From: Vulcanimicrobiales bacterium
GTDB taxonomy: Bacteria; Vulcanimicrobiota; Vulcanimicrobiia; Vulcanimicrobiales; Vulcanimicrobiaceae
NCBI GenBank assembly: GCA_038231455.1
Contig: JBBRLI010000009.1
Span: 71,159 to 135,158, forward strand
Length of the DNA: 64,000 bases
Direction: 5' to 3'
Shown here: in pieces, positions 16,160-24,903 of the stretch
Position numbering within the stretch: position 1 is the first letter of the stretch
Layout of the letters: each line of letters starts with the position of its first letter
The notes under the pieces: model-generated
The model's database searches: none
The model's input: only the letters and a program-made list of their open reading frames with translations
What the model was told of the DNA's origin: nothing
Program-made: the position numbers and the translations under genes

Positions 16160-17618
16160 CGGCGGCCTCGCCGCCGGAACCGTCGCGCGCGTCACCTTCA
16201 CCGACCTCCTCGCTAACGGCCAAGCCGTCGGGCGTATTGACGGCGTCGTCGTCTTCGTATGGGGACCGCTTCCGGGGGAGACCGCGACCGTGCGCGTTAC
16301 CCTCGTCAAGGCGAAGTACGCCGTTGCGGATGTCGTGTCGCGCGAGGATGATTCGGCGCTACGGGCGGATCCGTTCTGTCCGGTCTTTGGCGAGTGCGGC
16401 GGCTGTCAGGTGCAGCATCTGGCCTATCCGGCGCAGCTTGCGTGGAAAGAGCAGATCGTTCGAAGCGCGCTTCAGCGTATCGGCGGCATCGATGGCGTCA
16501 AGGTCGCGCATCCAATCGGCATGACCGATCCGCGTGCCTATCGCAATAAGATGGCGCTCGTGGTCGATAACAGCGGCGCAACGCCCGTGCTTGGCTTTTA
16601 CCAGGCACGTTCGCACGACATCGTGCCAATCGCCGAATGTCCCGTTGTGTTGCCGCAGCTCAACGAGGGCATCAAAGCCTTACGCGAAGTTGCTGTTGCT
16701 CCGGCGACGGCGGCAGCTCTCAAGCCTGTCAAACATGCGATTATGCGTGCGGGCGCCGCCTCGAAACAAGCCGTTCTTTCGTTGACCACCGAAAAAGCAG
16801 CGTTTCAAATCGCCGCCGTTGCGCCTGCGATTGCTGGGCGAATGGCTGGCCTTGTCGGTGTTTCCAATAGCTTCGAACCGCGCAACGCAAATGCCGTGAT
16901 GGGTCGGAAGATCAATCACGTTTGGGGCCGCAAAGAGATGGAAGAATCCATCGAAGACGTGCGCTTCCGCGTTTCCTCATCATCTTTCTTTCAAGTGAAC
17001 AGCGAGATGGTTGGGAAGATCTTTCGCTTCATGGCGCCCGGGCTCAAAGAGCCGCGAAAGATCGTGGATCTTTACTGCGGTGCGGGTACCTTTGCGATTT
17101 ATTTTGCCGCGCATGGGGCCGATGTCGTCGGGATTGAAGAAAACGAAGCGGCGGTGCGTGAAGCGCGTGCGAATGCCGAACTCAATCGGGTCGCCGGTCG
17201 CACGCGCTTTATCGCCGGACGCGTTGAAGGCGCCGTTGCGAACGCCGATGGTTTGCAGGCGCTACGCGATGCCGAGATCGTGTTTCTCGATCCGCCACGG
17301 AAGGGCAGCGATTCGCTGACCCTCGATGCGCTGGCGGAAGCGAACGTTCCGAACATTTGGTATCTCTCGTGCAATCCGGCGACGCTTGCTCGCGATTTGC
17401 AGCGGCTGATCGGGCATGGCTATGAAGTTGGGCTGGTGCAACCGTTCGATATGTTCCCGCAGACCGGGCATGTTGAGACGCTTGTTACGCTTTCGAGGGC
17501 TGGGTTGCCGGGTGTTGTCATGCCTCCTCGTGAGAAGGCTGAGTGGGATGATTTGATTCCGGAGTGGCCTTCGCAAGGGCGCGGGCCTGCTGATGGGATG
17601 GATTTCGACTCCGAATAA
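16041..17618 (+). CDS. rlmD: 23S rRNA (uracil-C5)-methyltransferase, RlmD/RumA family (TRAM + Fe-S + SAM MTase)
   Basis: A TRAM-like N-terminus (VTFTDLLANGQAVGRIDGVVVFV) is followed by the Fe-S cysteine cluster CPVFGECGGCQVQH and the MTase motifs DLYCGAGTF and YLSCNPATLARD. The only canonical in-frame start is TTG 16041, which adds ~35 Arg/Ser-rich residues and overlaps the preceding small ORF by 119 nt. The true start is uncertain. Confidence 0.8.
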   Translation: MLFARQCDARRSTRRASAFNRSSTKPTACCGRSTIKSTVSGGLAAGTVARVTFTDLLANGQAVGRIDGVVVFVWGPLPGETATVRVTLVKAKYAVADVVSREDDSALRADPFCPVFGECGGCQVQHLAYPAQLAWKEQIVRSALQRIGGIDGVKVAHPIGMTDPRAYRNKMALVVDNSGATPVLGFYQARSHDIVPIAECPVVLPQLNEGIKALREVAVAPATAAALKPVKHAIMRAGAASKQAVLSLTTEKAAFQIAAVAPAIAGRMAGLVGVSNSFEPRNANAVMGRKINHVWGRKEMEESIEDVRFRVSSSSFFQVNSEMVGKIFRFMAPGLKEPRKIVDLYCGAGTFAIYFAAHGADVVGIEENEAAVREARANAELNRVAGRTRFIAGRVEGAVANADGLQALRDAEIVFLDPPRKGSDSLTLDALAEANVPNIWYLSCNPATLARDLQRLIGHGYEVGLVQPFDMFPQTGHVETLVTLSRAGLPGVVMPPREKAEWDDLIPEWPSQGRGPADGMDFDSE

Positions 17619-17634
17619 TTTCGGGTGGTGGCTT

Positions 17635-17780
17635 GGTCGCCGGGGGCTTCATGGTGCCCGTGGGGACGCCCGCATTTGCCCATCCATGGGCAAATGCTAC
17701 TCCCGAACTTTTCGCTCCCGGCATCCTGCCTCCGCGAAAAGCTTCGAGGCCCCACGGTCACCATGAAGCCCCCGGCGACC
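17635..17780. repeat. Long-range near-perfect inverted repeat (31-nt arms, 30/31 complementary) enclosing an inner 26-nt palindrome
   Basis: The left arm GGTCGCCGGGGGCTTCATGGTGCCCGTGGGG (17635-17665) pairs with the right arm at 17750-17780 with one mismatch. The inner palindrome GCATTTGCCCATCCATGGGCAAATGC lies at 17672-17697. A 10-nt direct repeat GGGTGGTGGC occurs at 17623-17632 and 17822-17831. The element lies in the 266-nt rlmD-gatC spacer. Confidence 0.85.
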
Positions 17781-17884
17781 GTAGGCACGATCGTCGCAAA
17801 CCACTTCTTCTTAGCCGTTTTGGGTGGTGGCACGATATAAGTCGGGGCGGGTTGAGGGGGCTTTGCCTCGAACATTTAGGCGCT

Positions 17885-18181
17885 ATGGCTTCGGAATCGA
17901 TTGATGTTCGGTATGTTGCGAAGTTGGCGCGGTTGGCGCTAACGGATGATGAGGTTGTGCAGTATGGTGCGCAACTTGGGGACTTGCTCGGGCATGTCGG
18001 CGCGCTTTCGCGTCTTGATACGGCTAGCGTTGCTGCGACTGCTCAGGTTGTTGAGTCGCGGAATGTTGCTCGCGAGGATGTTGTTGGGCCGTGTCTGGAT
18101 CGGGCCGTTGTGCTTGCCGGCGCTCCTCAAGCGCATGGCGCGTTTTTTCGCGTTCCTCAGATTATTGCGAGTGAGGAGTAG
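17885..18181 (+). CDS. gatC: Glu/Asp-tRNA amidotransferase subunit C
   Basis: I start it at ATG 17885 (MASESIDVRYVAKLARLALTDDEV...), giving 98 aa, the typical GatC size and N-terminus. The track ORF from 17633 runs through the inverted repeat and is rejected. Confidence 0.88.
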   Translation: MASESIDVRYVAKLARLALTDDEVVQYGAQLGDLLGHVGALSRLDTASVAATAQVVESRNVAREDVVGPCLDRAVVLAGAPQAHGAFFRVPQIIASEE

Positions 18182-18184
18182 GGC

Positions 18185-19660
18185 GTGATCGATTCGACTG
18201 CTGTTTCGATTGCTGCTGCTGTTTCTTCGCGTAAGACGTCGGCTCGCGAGACGATTGATGCTCTGTATCCCTATGTTGAGTCCAGTGATAAGACCGTTGG
18301 GTCGTATCTTTCGCTTACGCATGAGATTGCTCGGGCGCATGCCGATCGTGTTGATGCGCGTGTGAAAGCTGGCGAGTCGCTTCCGCTTGCTGGTGTGCCG
18401 ATTGCGGTTAAAGACAATATGTGTCTTACCGGTACGGTTACGACGTGTGGGTCAAAAATTCTCGAGCATTGGACTTCGCCGTATACCGGGACTGCCGTTG
18501 CGCGGTTGCTCGATGCTGGGGCTATTCCGGTTGGTAAGACCAACATGGATGAGTTTGCTATGGGGAGTTCTTGCGAGAATTCTGCGCTTGGGGTTACGCG
18601 TAATCCGTACGATCTGGGGCGGGTTCCCGGGGGGAGTTCTGGTGGCAGTGCGGCTGCTGTTGCTGCTCGTCAGGCGGCGCTTTCGCTTGGTAGCGATACC
18701 GGTGGGTCGATTCGTGAGCCCGCTGCGTTTTGTAATGTGGTTGGATTTAAACCGACGTATGGGCGCGTTTCTCGCTACGGGTTGATTGCGTTTGCTTCGA
18801 GTTTGGATCAGATCGGGCCGTTTGCTCGTACCGTTGAAGATGCGGCGCTTTGTTATGATGTGATGGGTGGCTTCGATCCGATGGATGCTACGAGCGTCGA
18901 TCGGCCGCTTGAATCGACGGCTACGCACTTGCGGACCGATCTTCGCGGCGTTCGGGTCGGTATCGTGAAAGAGTTTGCGACGGGCGAACTTGGGGCCCAG
19001 ATCGATGCCGTTTACAAAAAGGCGTACGCCGATCTTGAGGCGCTTGGGGCGACGCTCGTTGAAGTGGCGCTGCCGACTGCTGAGTTTGGCATCGCGACGT
19101 ACTATCTTATTGCACCCGCAGAATGTTCGGCGAACCTTGCGCGTTTTGATGGCGTCCGGTATGGATTGCGTGTTGATGGGATCAACGTTCAGGAGATGTA
19201 CGAGAAGACGCGGGCTGCCGGATTTGGGGCAGAGGTCAAGCGCCGTATCCTTATTGGGACGTATGCGCTCTCGTCGGGTTATTACGATGCGTATTATGTG
19301 AAAGCGCAGAAGGCGCGTACGCTTATTGCTTCGGATTTTGCGAAGGCGTTTGAATCGTGCGATGTGATCGCCTCGCCTGCGGCGTCGACTCCGGCGTTTG
19401 CGTTTAACGCGAAGTCCGATCCGTACGCGATGTACCTGATGGATTACTACACCATTCCCGGGTCGCTTGCGGGCTTGCCATCGCTTTCGGTTCCTTGTGG
19501 ATGGGTTACACCGGAGGGCGGGTCGCGGCCGATGCCGATGGGCTTGCAGCTTTCCACTCCGCTTTTTGCTGAGCGGTCGCTGCTTGGGATCGCGCACGCT
19601 TATGAGCGCGCGACGCTTCATGCCGATGTGCACGCTTTGCCGGAGATTGCGTCTGTATGA
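18185..19660 (+). CDS. gatA: Glu/Asp-tRNA amidotransferase subunit A
   Basis: 491 aa with the amidase signature (GVPIAVKDNM ... GGSSGGSAAAVAA ... GSDTGGSIR). Confidence 0.93.
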   Translation: MIDSTAVSIAAAVSSRKTSARETIDALYPYVESSDKTVGSYLSLTHEIARAHADRVDARVKAGESLPLAGVPIAVKDNMCLTGTVTTCGSKILEHWTSPYTGTAVARLLDAGAIPVGKTNMDEFAMGSSCENSALGVTRNPYDLGRVPGGSSGGSAAAVAARQAALSLGSDTGGSIREPAAFCNVVGFKPTYGRVSRYGLIAFASSLDQIGPFARTVEDAALCYDVMGGFDPMDATSVDRPLESTATHLRTDLRGVRVGIVKEFATGELGAQIDAVYKKAYADLEALGATLVEVALPTAEFGIATYYLIAPAECSANLARFDGVRYGLRVDGINVQEMYEKTRAAGFGAEVKRRILIGTYALSSGYYDAYYVKAQKARTLIASDFAKAFESCDVIASPAASTPAFAFNAKSDPYAMYLMDYYTIPGSLAGLPSLSVPCGWVTPEGGSRPMPMGLQLSTPLFAERSLLGIAHAYERATLHADVHALPEIASV

Positions 19661-21141
19661 CCGCTATTGCTGAAGTTACCCCAGACGTGCTTGCGAAGTA
19701 CGAGCTCGTTATTGGGATTGAATGTCATGTCGAACTCAAGACGGCGAGTAAGATGTTTTGCGCTTGTCCCAATGAGTTTGGTGGCGAGCCGAATACCAAA
19801 GTGTGTCCGGTTTGTCTTGCGATGCCCGGTGCGCTTCCCGTTCCGAATAAGGTTGCTATCCAGCATATGATTCGGGCGGGGCTTGCGTTTGAGGCGGAGA
19901 TTCCGCTGTTTTCGAAGTTCGATCGGAAGAACTACTTTTATCCCGACATGCCCAAGAACTATCAAATCACGCAGTTCGATATGCCGCTCACGCAGGGTGG
20001 GGTCGTTGAGTTTTGGCTCGATGATGGGACGCGTGGGTCGTGTCGGTTGACGCGTATTCATCTTGAGGAAGATACCGGGAAATCGTCGCACGCCGGGTCT
20101 GGGGATGGTCGTATCGCCGGCTCTTCGTATTCGCTGATCGACTTTAATCGTGCTGGCGTGCCGCTCATGGAGTGTGTTGGCGAACCCGATTTGCGTTCGG
20201 CTGATGAAGCTGTTGCGTTTTTGGAATCGCTCAAGCGGACGTTCGTTCAACTTGGCGTCTCGGATGTGAAGATGGAAGAAGGTTCGCTCCGCTGCGATGC
20301 TAACGTTTCGGTTCGCCTCAAAGGCGCAACGGAATACGGAACCAAGGCCGAAATCAAGAACATGAACTCGTTTCGGTCCGTTCATCGGGCGATCGAGTCG
20401 GAGTTTGCGCGGCAAGTTGGCGTGATCGAGCGTGGTGGGCGCGTCGTTCAGGAGACGCGCGGTTGGGATGAGACGACCGGTACGTCCGTTTCTATGCGCA
20501 GCAAAGAGCAGGCGCATGATTACCGCTATTTCCCGGAACCGGATCTCGTTCCGGTCGAACTTGAGGCCGCGCATATCGCGGCTCTCAAAGCGGCGCTTCC
20601 GCCATCGCCCGCCGTCCGGCATCGCCGCTACGTTGAGTCGTACGGGTTTACCGTTGCGCAGGCGACGCAACTTGTCGATAACGTCCGGCTAGCGGAATAC
20701 TTCGATCGTACGGTTGCGCTGACGAATGCTCCGCAGGCGGTGATGAACTTCGTGCTCGGCGATCTCTCGCGGCTTGCCAATGAGACCGAGACGCACGTTG
20801 CCGATGCGAAGATTACGCCCGATGCCCTCGCCGAGTTGATCGTCATGCTCGAGGCGAAAACGATCAATTCCAAGATCGCAAAAGATGTGATCGTGAAGCT
20901 TTGGAACGAAGGCGGCTCGGCGAAGGCCATCGTCGAGAAAGACGGTCTCGCGCAGGTTTCCGATCCAAGCGCCGTCGCGGGATTCGTCGATGAAGTGCTC
21001 GCGGCCAATGCGAAGAGTGTTGAGGATTTCAAAGCCGGTAAAGAAAATGCGCTGAAATTTCTCGTCGGTGCGGTGATGAAAGTCAGTCGCGGCAAAGCCA
21101 ACCCCGTCCTCGTGGAGCAAGCCCTCCGCGACCGCATGTAA
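19657..21141 (+). CDS. gatB: Glu/Asp-tRNA amidotransferase subunit B
   Basis: 494 aa with an ATGA overlap with gatA. The motifs YELVIGIECHVELKT, RIHLEEDTGKS and the C-terminal GatB/YqeY tail are present. Confidence 0.93.
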   Translation: MTAIAEVTPDVLAKYELVIGIECHVELKTASKMFCACPNEFGGEPNTKVCPVCLAMPGALPVPNKVAIQHMIRAGLAFEAEIPLFSKFDRKNYFYPDMPKNYQITQFDMPLTQGGVVEFWLDDGTRGSCRLTRIHLEEDTGKSSHAGSGDGRIAGSSYSLIDFNRAGVPLMECVGEPDLRSADEAVAFLESLKRTFVQLGVSDVKMEEGSLRCDANVSVRLKGATEYGTKAEIKNMNSFRSVHRAIESEFARQVGVIERGGRVVQETRGWDETTGTSVSMRSKEQAHDYRYFPEPDLVPVELEAAHIAALKAALPPSPAVRHRRYVESYGFTVAQATQLVDNVRLAEYFDRTVALTNAPQAVMNFVLGDLSRLANETETHVADAKITPDALAELIVMLEAKTINSKIAKDVIVKLWNEGGSAKAIVEKDGLAQVSDPSAVAGFVDEVLAANAKSVEDFKAGKENALKFLVGAVMKVSRGKANPVLVEQALRDRM

Positions 21142-21142
21142 C

Positions 21143-23482
21143 GTGCTGGTCGACGAACGCAGCCTCGATGTCCTGGACTTCGCGCGCGTTCGCGAGGCAC
21201 TCGCCGGGCAGACCCATAGCCCCGGCGCATTCGCCCGTTCGCTTGCGCTCGTCCCGACCGAAGACTTTGATGACGTTCGGCGCCTGATTGCCGAGACGGG
21301 CGAGATGCGTACGCTCCGTGCGGGCGAGGGCATTTCGATCGCGCAGGTCGATGACGTCGCATCGGCCGTCGCGACGGCGGCCCGTGGCGTCTCAATCGCC
21401 GCCGCCGAACTGCGTTCGATTGGGAACGCGCTTGCTGCCGCAAACGCGACGGTTCGACGGATCCGCGAAGCCGACGGCGTGCCGCTTCTCCTCGAGCGCT
21501 GCGAGCCGTTTCTTGCCTTGCCGCAACTCTCGGCTGCCATCACCAATGCGATCGGCGAGCGAGGCGAAGTGCTCGACCGCGCCTCGCCCGCGCTCGGGCG
21601 CATTCGACGTGGCATTGCGACGGCGCAGAACGAGGCGCGCGACCGCGCCTCGGCAATCGTACGCTCGGCAAAATACGCAAACGCGATTCAAGATCAGGTC
21701 GTCACGGTGCGTGATGGACGCTACGTGGTGCCGATCAAGGCCGAGTTCAGCGGTGAGTTTCCCGGAATCGTTCACGATGCATCGGCCAGCGGTCAAACGC
21801 TCTTCGTCGAGCCGCTCGAAGCGCTGGAAACCAACAACCGGCTGCGATCGCTTCGTATGCAAGAAGAGCATGAGGTCGCGCGTATTCTTACGGATCTCTC
21901 GACCGCGGTTGGGAACGAAGCGACGACGATCGAGATCGACCTTGCAATCTACGAGACGCTCGACCTTGCGCTTGCGCGCGCAGAGATTGCGATCCGCATG
22001 AACGCGATCGCGCCCGCGCTCGTCGATGAGGCAACGATCGCCGTTGCGAATGGGCGTCACCCGCTGCTCGGTGAGCGGGCCGTGCCGCAGTCGCTGACGC
22101 TCGATGCGAACACGCAGATCATCCTCATCAGCGGTCCGAACATGGGCGGAAAGACCGTCGCACTCAAGATGCTCGGGCTCTTCGTCACGATGGCGTACTG
22201 CGGACTGCATCTGCCGGCGGAAGAAGTGACGCTCGGGCACTTCACGCGCATTTACACCGACATCGGTGACGAACAATCGATTGCCCTCAATGCATCCACG
22301 TTCTCCGCGCACTTACGACGCCTCGCCGAGATCGTCGCTGGCGCCGATGCGCGCAGTTTGATCCTGGTCGATGAAATCGGGAGCGGTACGGAGCCGACCG
22401 CGGGCGCGGCGCTTGCGGTTGCGGTTTTGGAGCGTTTCCTGACCGCCGGTGCGCGCACGATTGCAACGACGCATGCCACCGAACTCAAACTCTTCGGTGC
22501 CGAGCACGAACGTGTCCAAAACGCCAGCGTCCGCTTCAATCCCGACACGTATGCTCCGACCTATCAGCTCGATCTTGGTTCTCCCGGACAGTCGCTGGCC
22601 TTTGCGCTTGCGCGGACGATGAAGCTCGACGCGGCCGTTGTTGCGCGTGCCGAGACGCTGCTCTCGCAAGCCGAACGTGACTACGACCGCGCGCTTGCGG
22701 AGCTTGCCGAAGAGCGCACGCGCACGGTGGAAGCGCGCGAGGCGCTCGACCGCGACCGGGTTCATTTGCGCACGCTTGAAGACAATGCGCGGCGACGTGC
22801 CGAGGTGCTGGAACGCGAACGTCGCGAACTTGCGCGCGCCGCGGAGACAAAACTCGCTGAGGCCTTGCGGACATTTTCGGCCGAACTCGAGCGCCGTTCG
22901 GGCGGACGTGGACGCGGCCGCGTGACGAGCGGCCAAAGCGAATTGCTTTCTAGGACAATCGGTGACATGCACCGCGACCTCGGCCTCGATCGCATCCCCG
23001 CTGTCGACAAGCGCGATCCAAATGCCGTCGCCCCGATACAGATCGGCGACCGCGTTTTCGTTGCCTCGCTCGAACAAGAAGGCACGGTCTCTGCGATCGA
23101 CGGCGATTCGGCCGTCGTGTCGATCGGCTCCATGCGTATGACGGTCGAACGCGACGATTTACGGCGCCGCGGCGGTCCGCCGCGCGAACGCAAGTCGAGC
23201 GCCAGTACCGGTGCTCCCACGATGTCGGCGGCCGCAAACGCGCGCACCGAGATCGACGTGCGCGGGAAGCGGTTCGTCGATGCCGAGCCGGTCGTCGATT
23301 CGTGGATCGATGAGGCGATGCTGCTGGGCTTCTCGCCGCTGCGGCTCATCCACGGCAAAGGCACCGGGCTGCTCGGCCGCGGACTCCAGAGCTATTTGAA
23401 AGATCACCCCCACGTTACGGGCGTTCGCTACGGCAACGAGGACGAGGGAGGGAGCGGCGTGACCATCTTTGAACTGCGCTAG
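21143..23482 (+). CDS. mutS2: Endonuclease MutS2 (MutS-family ATPase with C-terminal Smr domain)
   Basis: 779 aa. It has a Walker A (ISGPNMGGKTVALK), a Walker B (LVDEIGSGTEP), a coiled-coil region and a C-terminal Smr domain (IDVRGKRFVDA...LRLIHGKGTGLL). Confidence 0.9.
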   Translation: MLVDERSLDVLDFARVREALAGQTHSPGAFARSLALVPTEDFDDVRRLIAETGEMRTLRAGEGISIAQVDDVASAVATAARGVSIAAAELRSIGNALAAANATVRRIREADGVPLLLERCEPFLALPQLSAAITNAIGERGEVLDRASPALGRIRRGIATAQNEARDRASAIVRSAKYANAIQDQVVTVRDGRYVVPIKAEFSGEFPGIVHDASASGQTLFVEPLEALETNNRLRSLRMQEEHEVARILTDLSTAVGNEATTIEIDLAIYETLDLALARAEIAIRMNAIAPALVDEATIAVANGRHPLLGERAVPQSLTLDANTQIILISGPNMGGKTVALKMLGLFVTMAYCGLHLPAEEVTLGHFTRIYTDIGDEQSIALNASTFSAHLRRLAEIVAGADARSLILVDEIGSGTEPTAGAALAVAVLERFLTAGARTIATTHATELKLFGAEHERVQNASVRFNPDTYAPTYQLDLGSPGQSLAFALARTMKLDAAVVARAETLLSQAERDYDRALAELAEERTRTVEAREALDRDRVHLRTLEDNARRRAEVLERERRELARAAETKLAEALRTFSAELERRSGGRGRGRVTSGQSELLSRTIGDMHRDLGLDRIPAVDKRDPNAVAPIQIGDRVFVASLEQEGTVSAIDGDSAVVSIGSMRMTVERDDLRRRGGPPRERKSSASTGAPTMSAAANARTEIDVRGKRFVDAEPVVDSWIDEAMLLGFSPLRLIHGKGTGLLGRGLQSYLKDHPHVTGVRYGNEDEGGSGVTIFELR

Positions 23483-23488
23483 CCGCCC

Positions 23489-24697
23489 ATGGTAACTTTA
23501 ACGCCGCAAGAGCGCACGCTCGCGCTCATCGATGCGTGCGAACACGTCGAATCGCCGGCCGAACTCACCGCCCGCATCGCGCGCGGGAAACCGCTGCGCG
23601 TCAAATTCGGTATCGATCCGACGGGATCCGAACTGCATCTCGGACATGCCGTTACGCTGCACAAGATGCAGCAATTCATCGACGACGGTCACGACGTGAT
23701 CTTGCTCATTGGCGATTTTACGGCGCTCATCGGCGACCCGACGGGACGCAACGATTCGCGCCCGCATCTTACGCGCGAAGCGATTGTCGAAAACATGGAA
23801 ACGTATAAAGAGCAAGCCGGCAAAGTCATCGACCTCGAGCGCGCGACGATCCGCTACAACTCCGAGTGGCTCGGTCCGATCCAACTTGCCGAACTGATTC
23901 GCCTCATGGCGCAGACGACCGTCGGTCAGATGCTCGAACGCAAAGATTTCAAACAGCGCTACACGAGCGGTACGCCGATCTCGCTGCACGAGTTTCTCTA
24001 TCCGGTCGCGCAGGCGTACGACTCGGTCGCACTGCAAGCGGACGTCGAACTCGGCGGCGACGATCAGCTCTTTAATTTCTTGCTGGCGCGTGACTATCAG
24101 CAGAAGGCGGGACAATCGCCGCAAATCTGCATGACCGCGCCGATCCTCGAGGGGACCGACGGCAAGATCCGCATGGGCAAATCTCGCGGCAACTATATCG
24201 CTTTAACCGAACCCGCGAATGTCCAATTCGGCAAGCTAATGAGCATTCCGGACGACGTCATCGCGCGGTACGCGCGACTCGCCGATTTCCGCTCGCAGGC
24301 CGAGTGTGATGCGCTTGCAGACGGTATCGCAAGCGGCACGCGCGTTGCGATGGATGAGAAGAAAAACGTCGCCGAGTCGATCGTGCGCCGCTATCACGGG
24401 GCCGAAGCTGCACGCGGCGCGCGCGACTATTTCGAGCGCACGATCCAGCGTAAAGAGATCCCCGATGAAATGCCGGAGTATCAGCTCGTAGAGGCCGATA
24501 CCAAGATCGCGCAGTTGCTCATGGATGTCCGTTTCGCCGAATCCAAGCGCGCGGCGCAGCGCTTACTCGCGGAGCGCGCAGTCAAGATCAACGGAACGGT
24601 CGTCGAGGACGCCGGTGCCCGCTATTCGGAGACGGCGCCCGCCGTGCTTCAGGTCGGATCCAAACGGTTCGTCCGCATTCTCCCAAGCGAAAGGTAA
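23489..24697 (+). CDS. tyrS: Tyrosine--tRNA ligase
   Basis: 402 aa with a HIGH-type motif (GSELHLGH), a KMSKS-type motif (KMGKSRGN) and a C-terminal S4-like domain (AAQRLLAERAVKINGTVV). Confidence 0.9.
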   Translation: MVTLTPQERTLALIDACEHVESPAELTARIARGKPLRVKFGIDPTGSELHLGHAVTLHKMQQFIDDGHDVILLIGDFTALIGDPTGRNDSRPHLTREAIVENMETYKEQAGKVIDLERATIRYNSEWLGPIQLAELIRLMAQTTVGQMLERKDFKQRYTSGTPISLHEFLYPVAQAYDSVALQADVELGGDDQLFNFLLARDYQQKAGQSPQICMTAPILEGTDGKIRMGKSRGNYIALTEPANVQFGKLMSIPDDVIARYARLADFRSQAECDALADGIASGTRVAMDEKKNVAESIVRRYHGAEAARGARDYFERTIQRKEIPDEMPEYQLVEADTKIAQLLMDVRFAESKRAAQRLLAERAVKINGTVVEDAGARYSETAPAVLQVGSKRFVRILPSER

Positions 24698-24699
24698 AC

Positions 24700-24903
24700 A
24701 TGGCCGTCACCTACACCTCAGAGGAACCAATCTCGGGACCCACGTTCACGTGCAAGCGCTGCACGCGCGTCTATCCGCATCCGAAGGCCGGCGATCGCCC
24801 GCTACGCTGCGAATGCGGCTGGGTCTACACCTATGACAACGGCGCGATTCACGACGCGTTCAAGCCGCGCATCGGCGGCGCCGACAAGCGCGCACTCGAC
24901 TAA
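24700..24903 (+). CDS. Small zinc-ribbon-like protein (CxxC ... CxC)
   Basis: 67 aa with the motif TCKRCTRVYPHPKAGDRPLRCECGW. It starts 2 nt after the tyrS stop, and its stop overlaps the convergent hslO stop. I recognise no family. Confidence 0.45.
   Translation: MAVTYTSEEPISGPTFTCKRCTRVYPHPKAGDRPLRCECGWVYTYDNGAIHDAFKPRIGGADKRALD

Noticed and set aside
17633-17884. The N-terminal 84-codon extension of the gatC ORF, plus the 151-aa antisense ORF (17420-17875) that crosses the inverted repeat.
   Set aside because: Both strands encode the same peptide (HGHHEAPGD) only because of the 31-nt inverted repeat. GatC homology begins at ATG 17885, and the extension is Pro/Gly/His-rich and not protein-like.
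17619-17884. The idea that the gatC leader is a T-box riboswitch. The leader is 266 nt long, and GGGTGGTGGCACG at 17822 resembles the T-box core GGGUGGUACCGCG. T-box control of gatCAB is also known in a Clostridium.
   Set aside because: I could not find the Stem I hallmarks (K-turn/GA motif, specifier loop, AGAGA/AGUA distal loops). A 30/31-bp perfect duplex is unlike T-box Stem I, and the core match is only partial. I leave it as something to test with the Rfam T-box model, not as a call.
18452-20670. Two long minus-strand ORFs (393 aa and 350 aa), antisense to gatA and gatB.
   Set aside because: They arise because the sense strand here uses T-ending codons, which removes stop codons from one antisense frame. 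The products are Arg/Lys/Asn/Ile-rich nonsense, whereas the sense products are unmistakable GatA and GatB.
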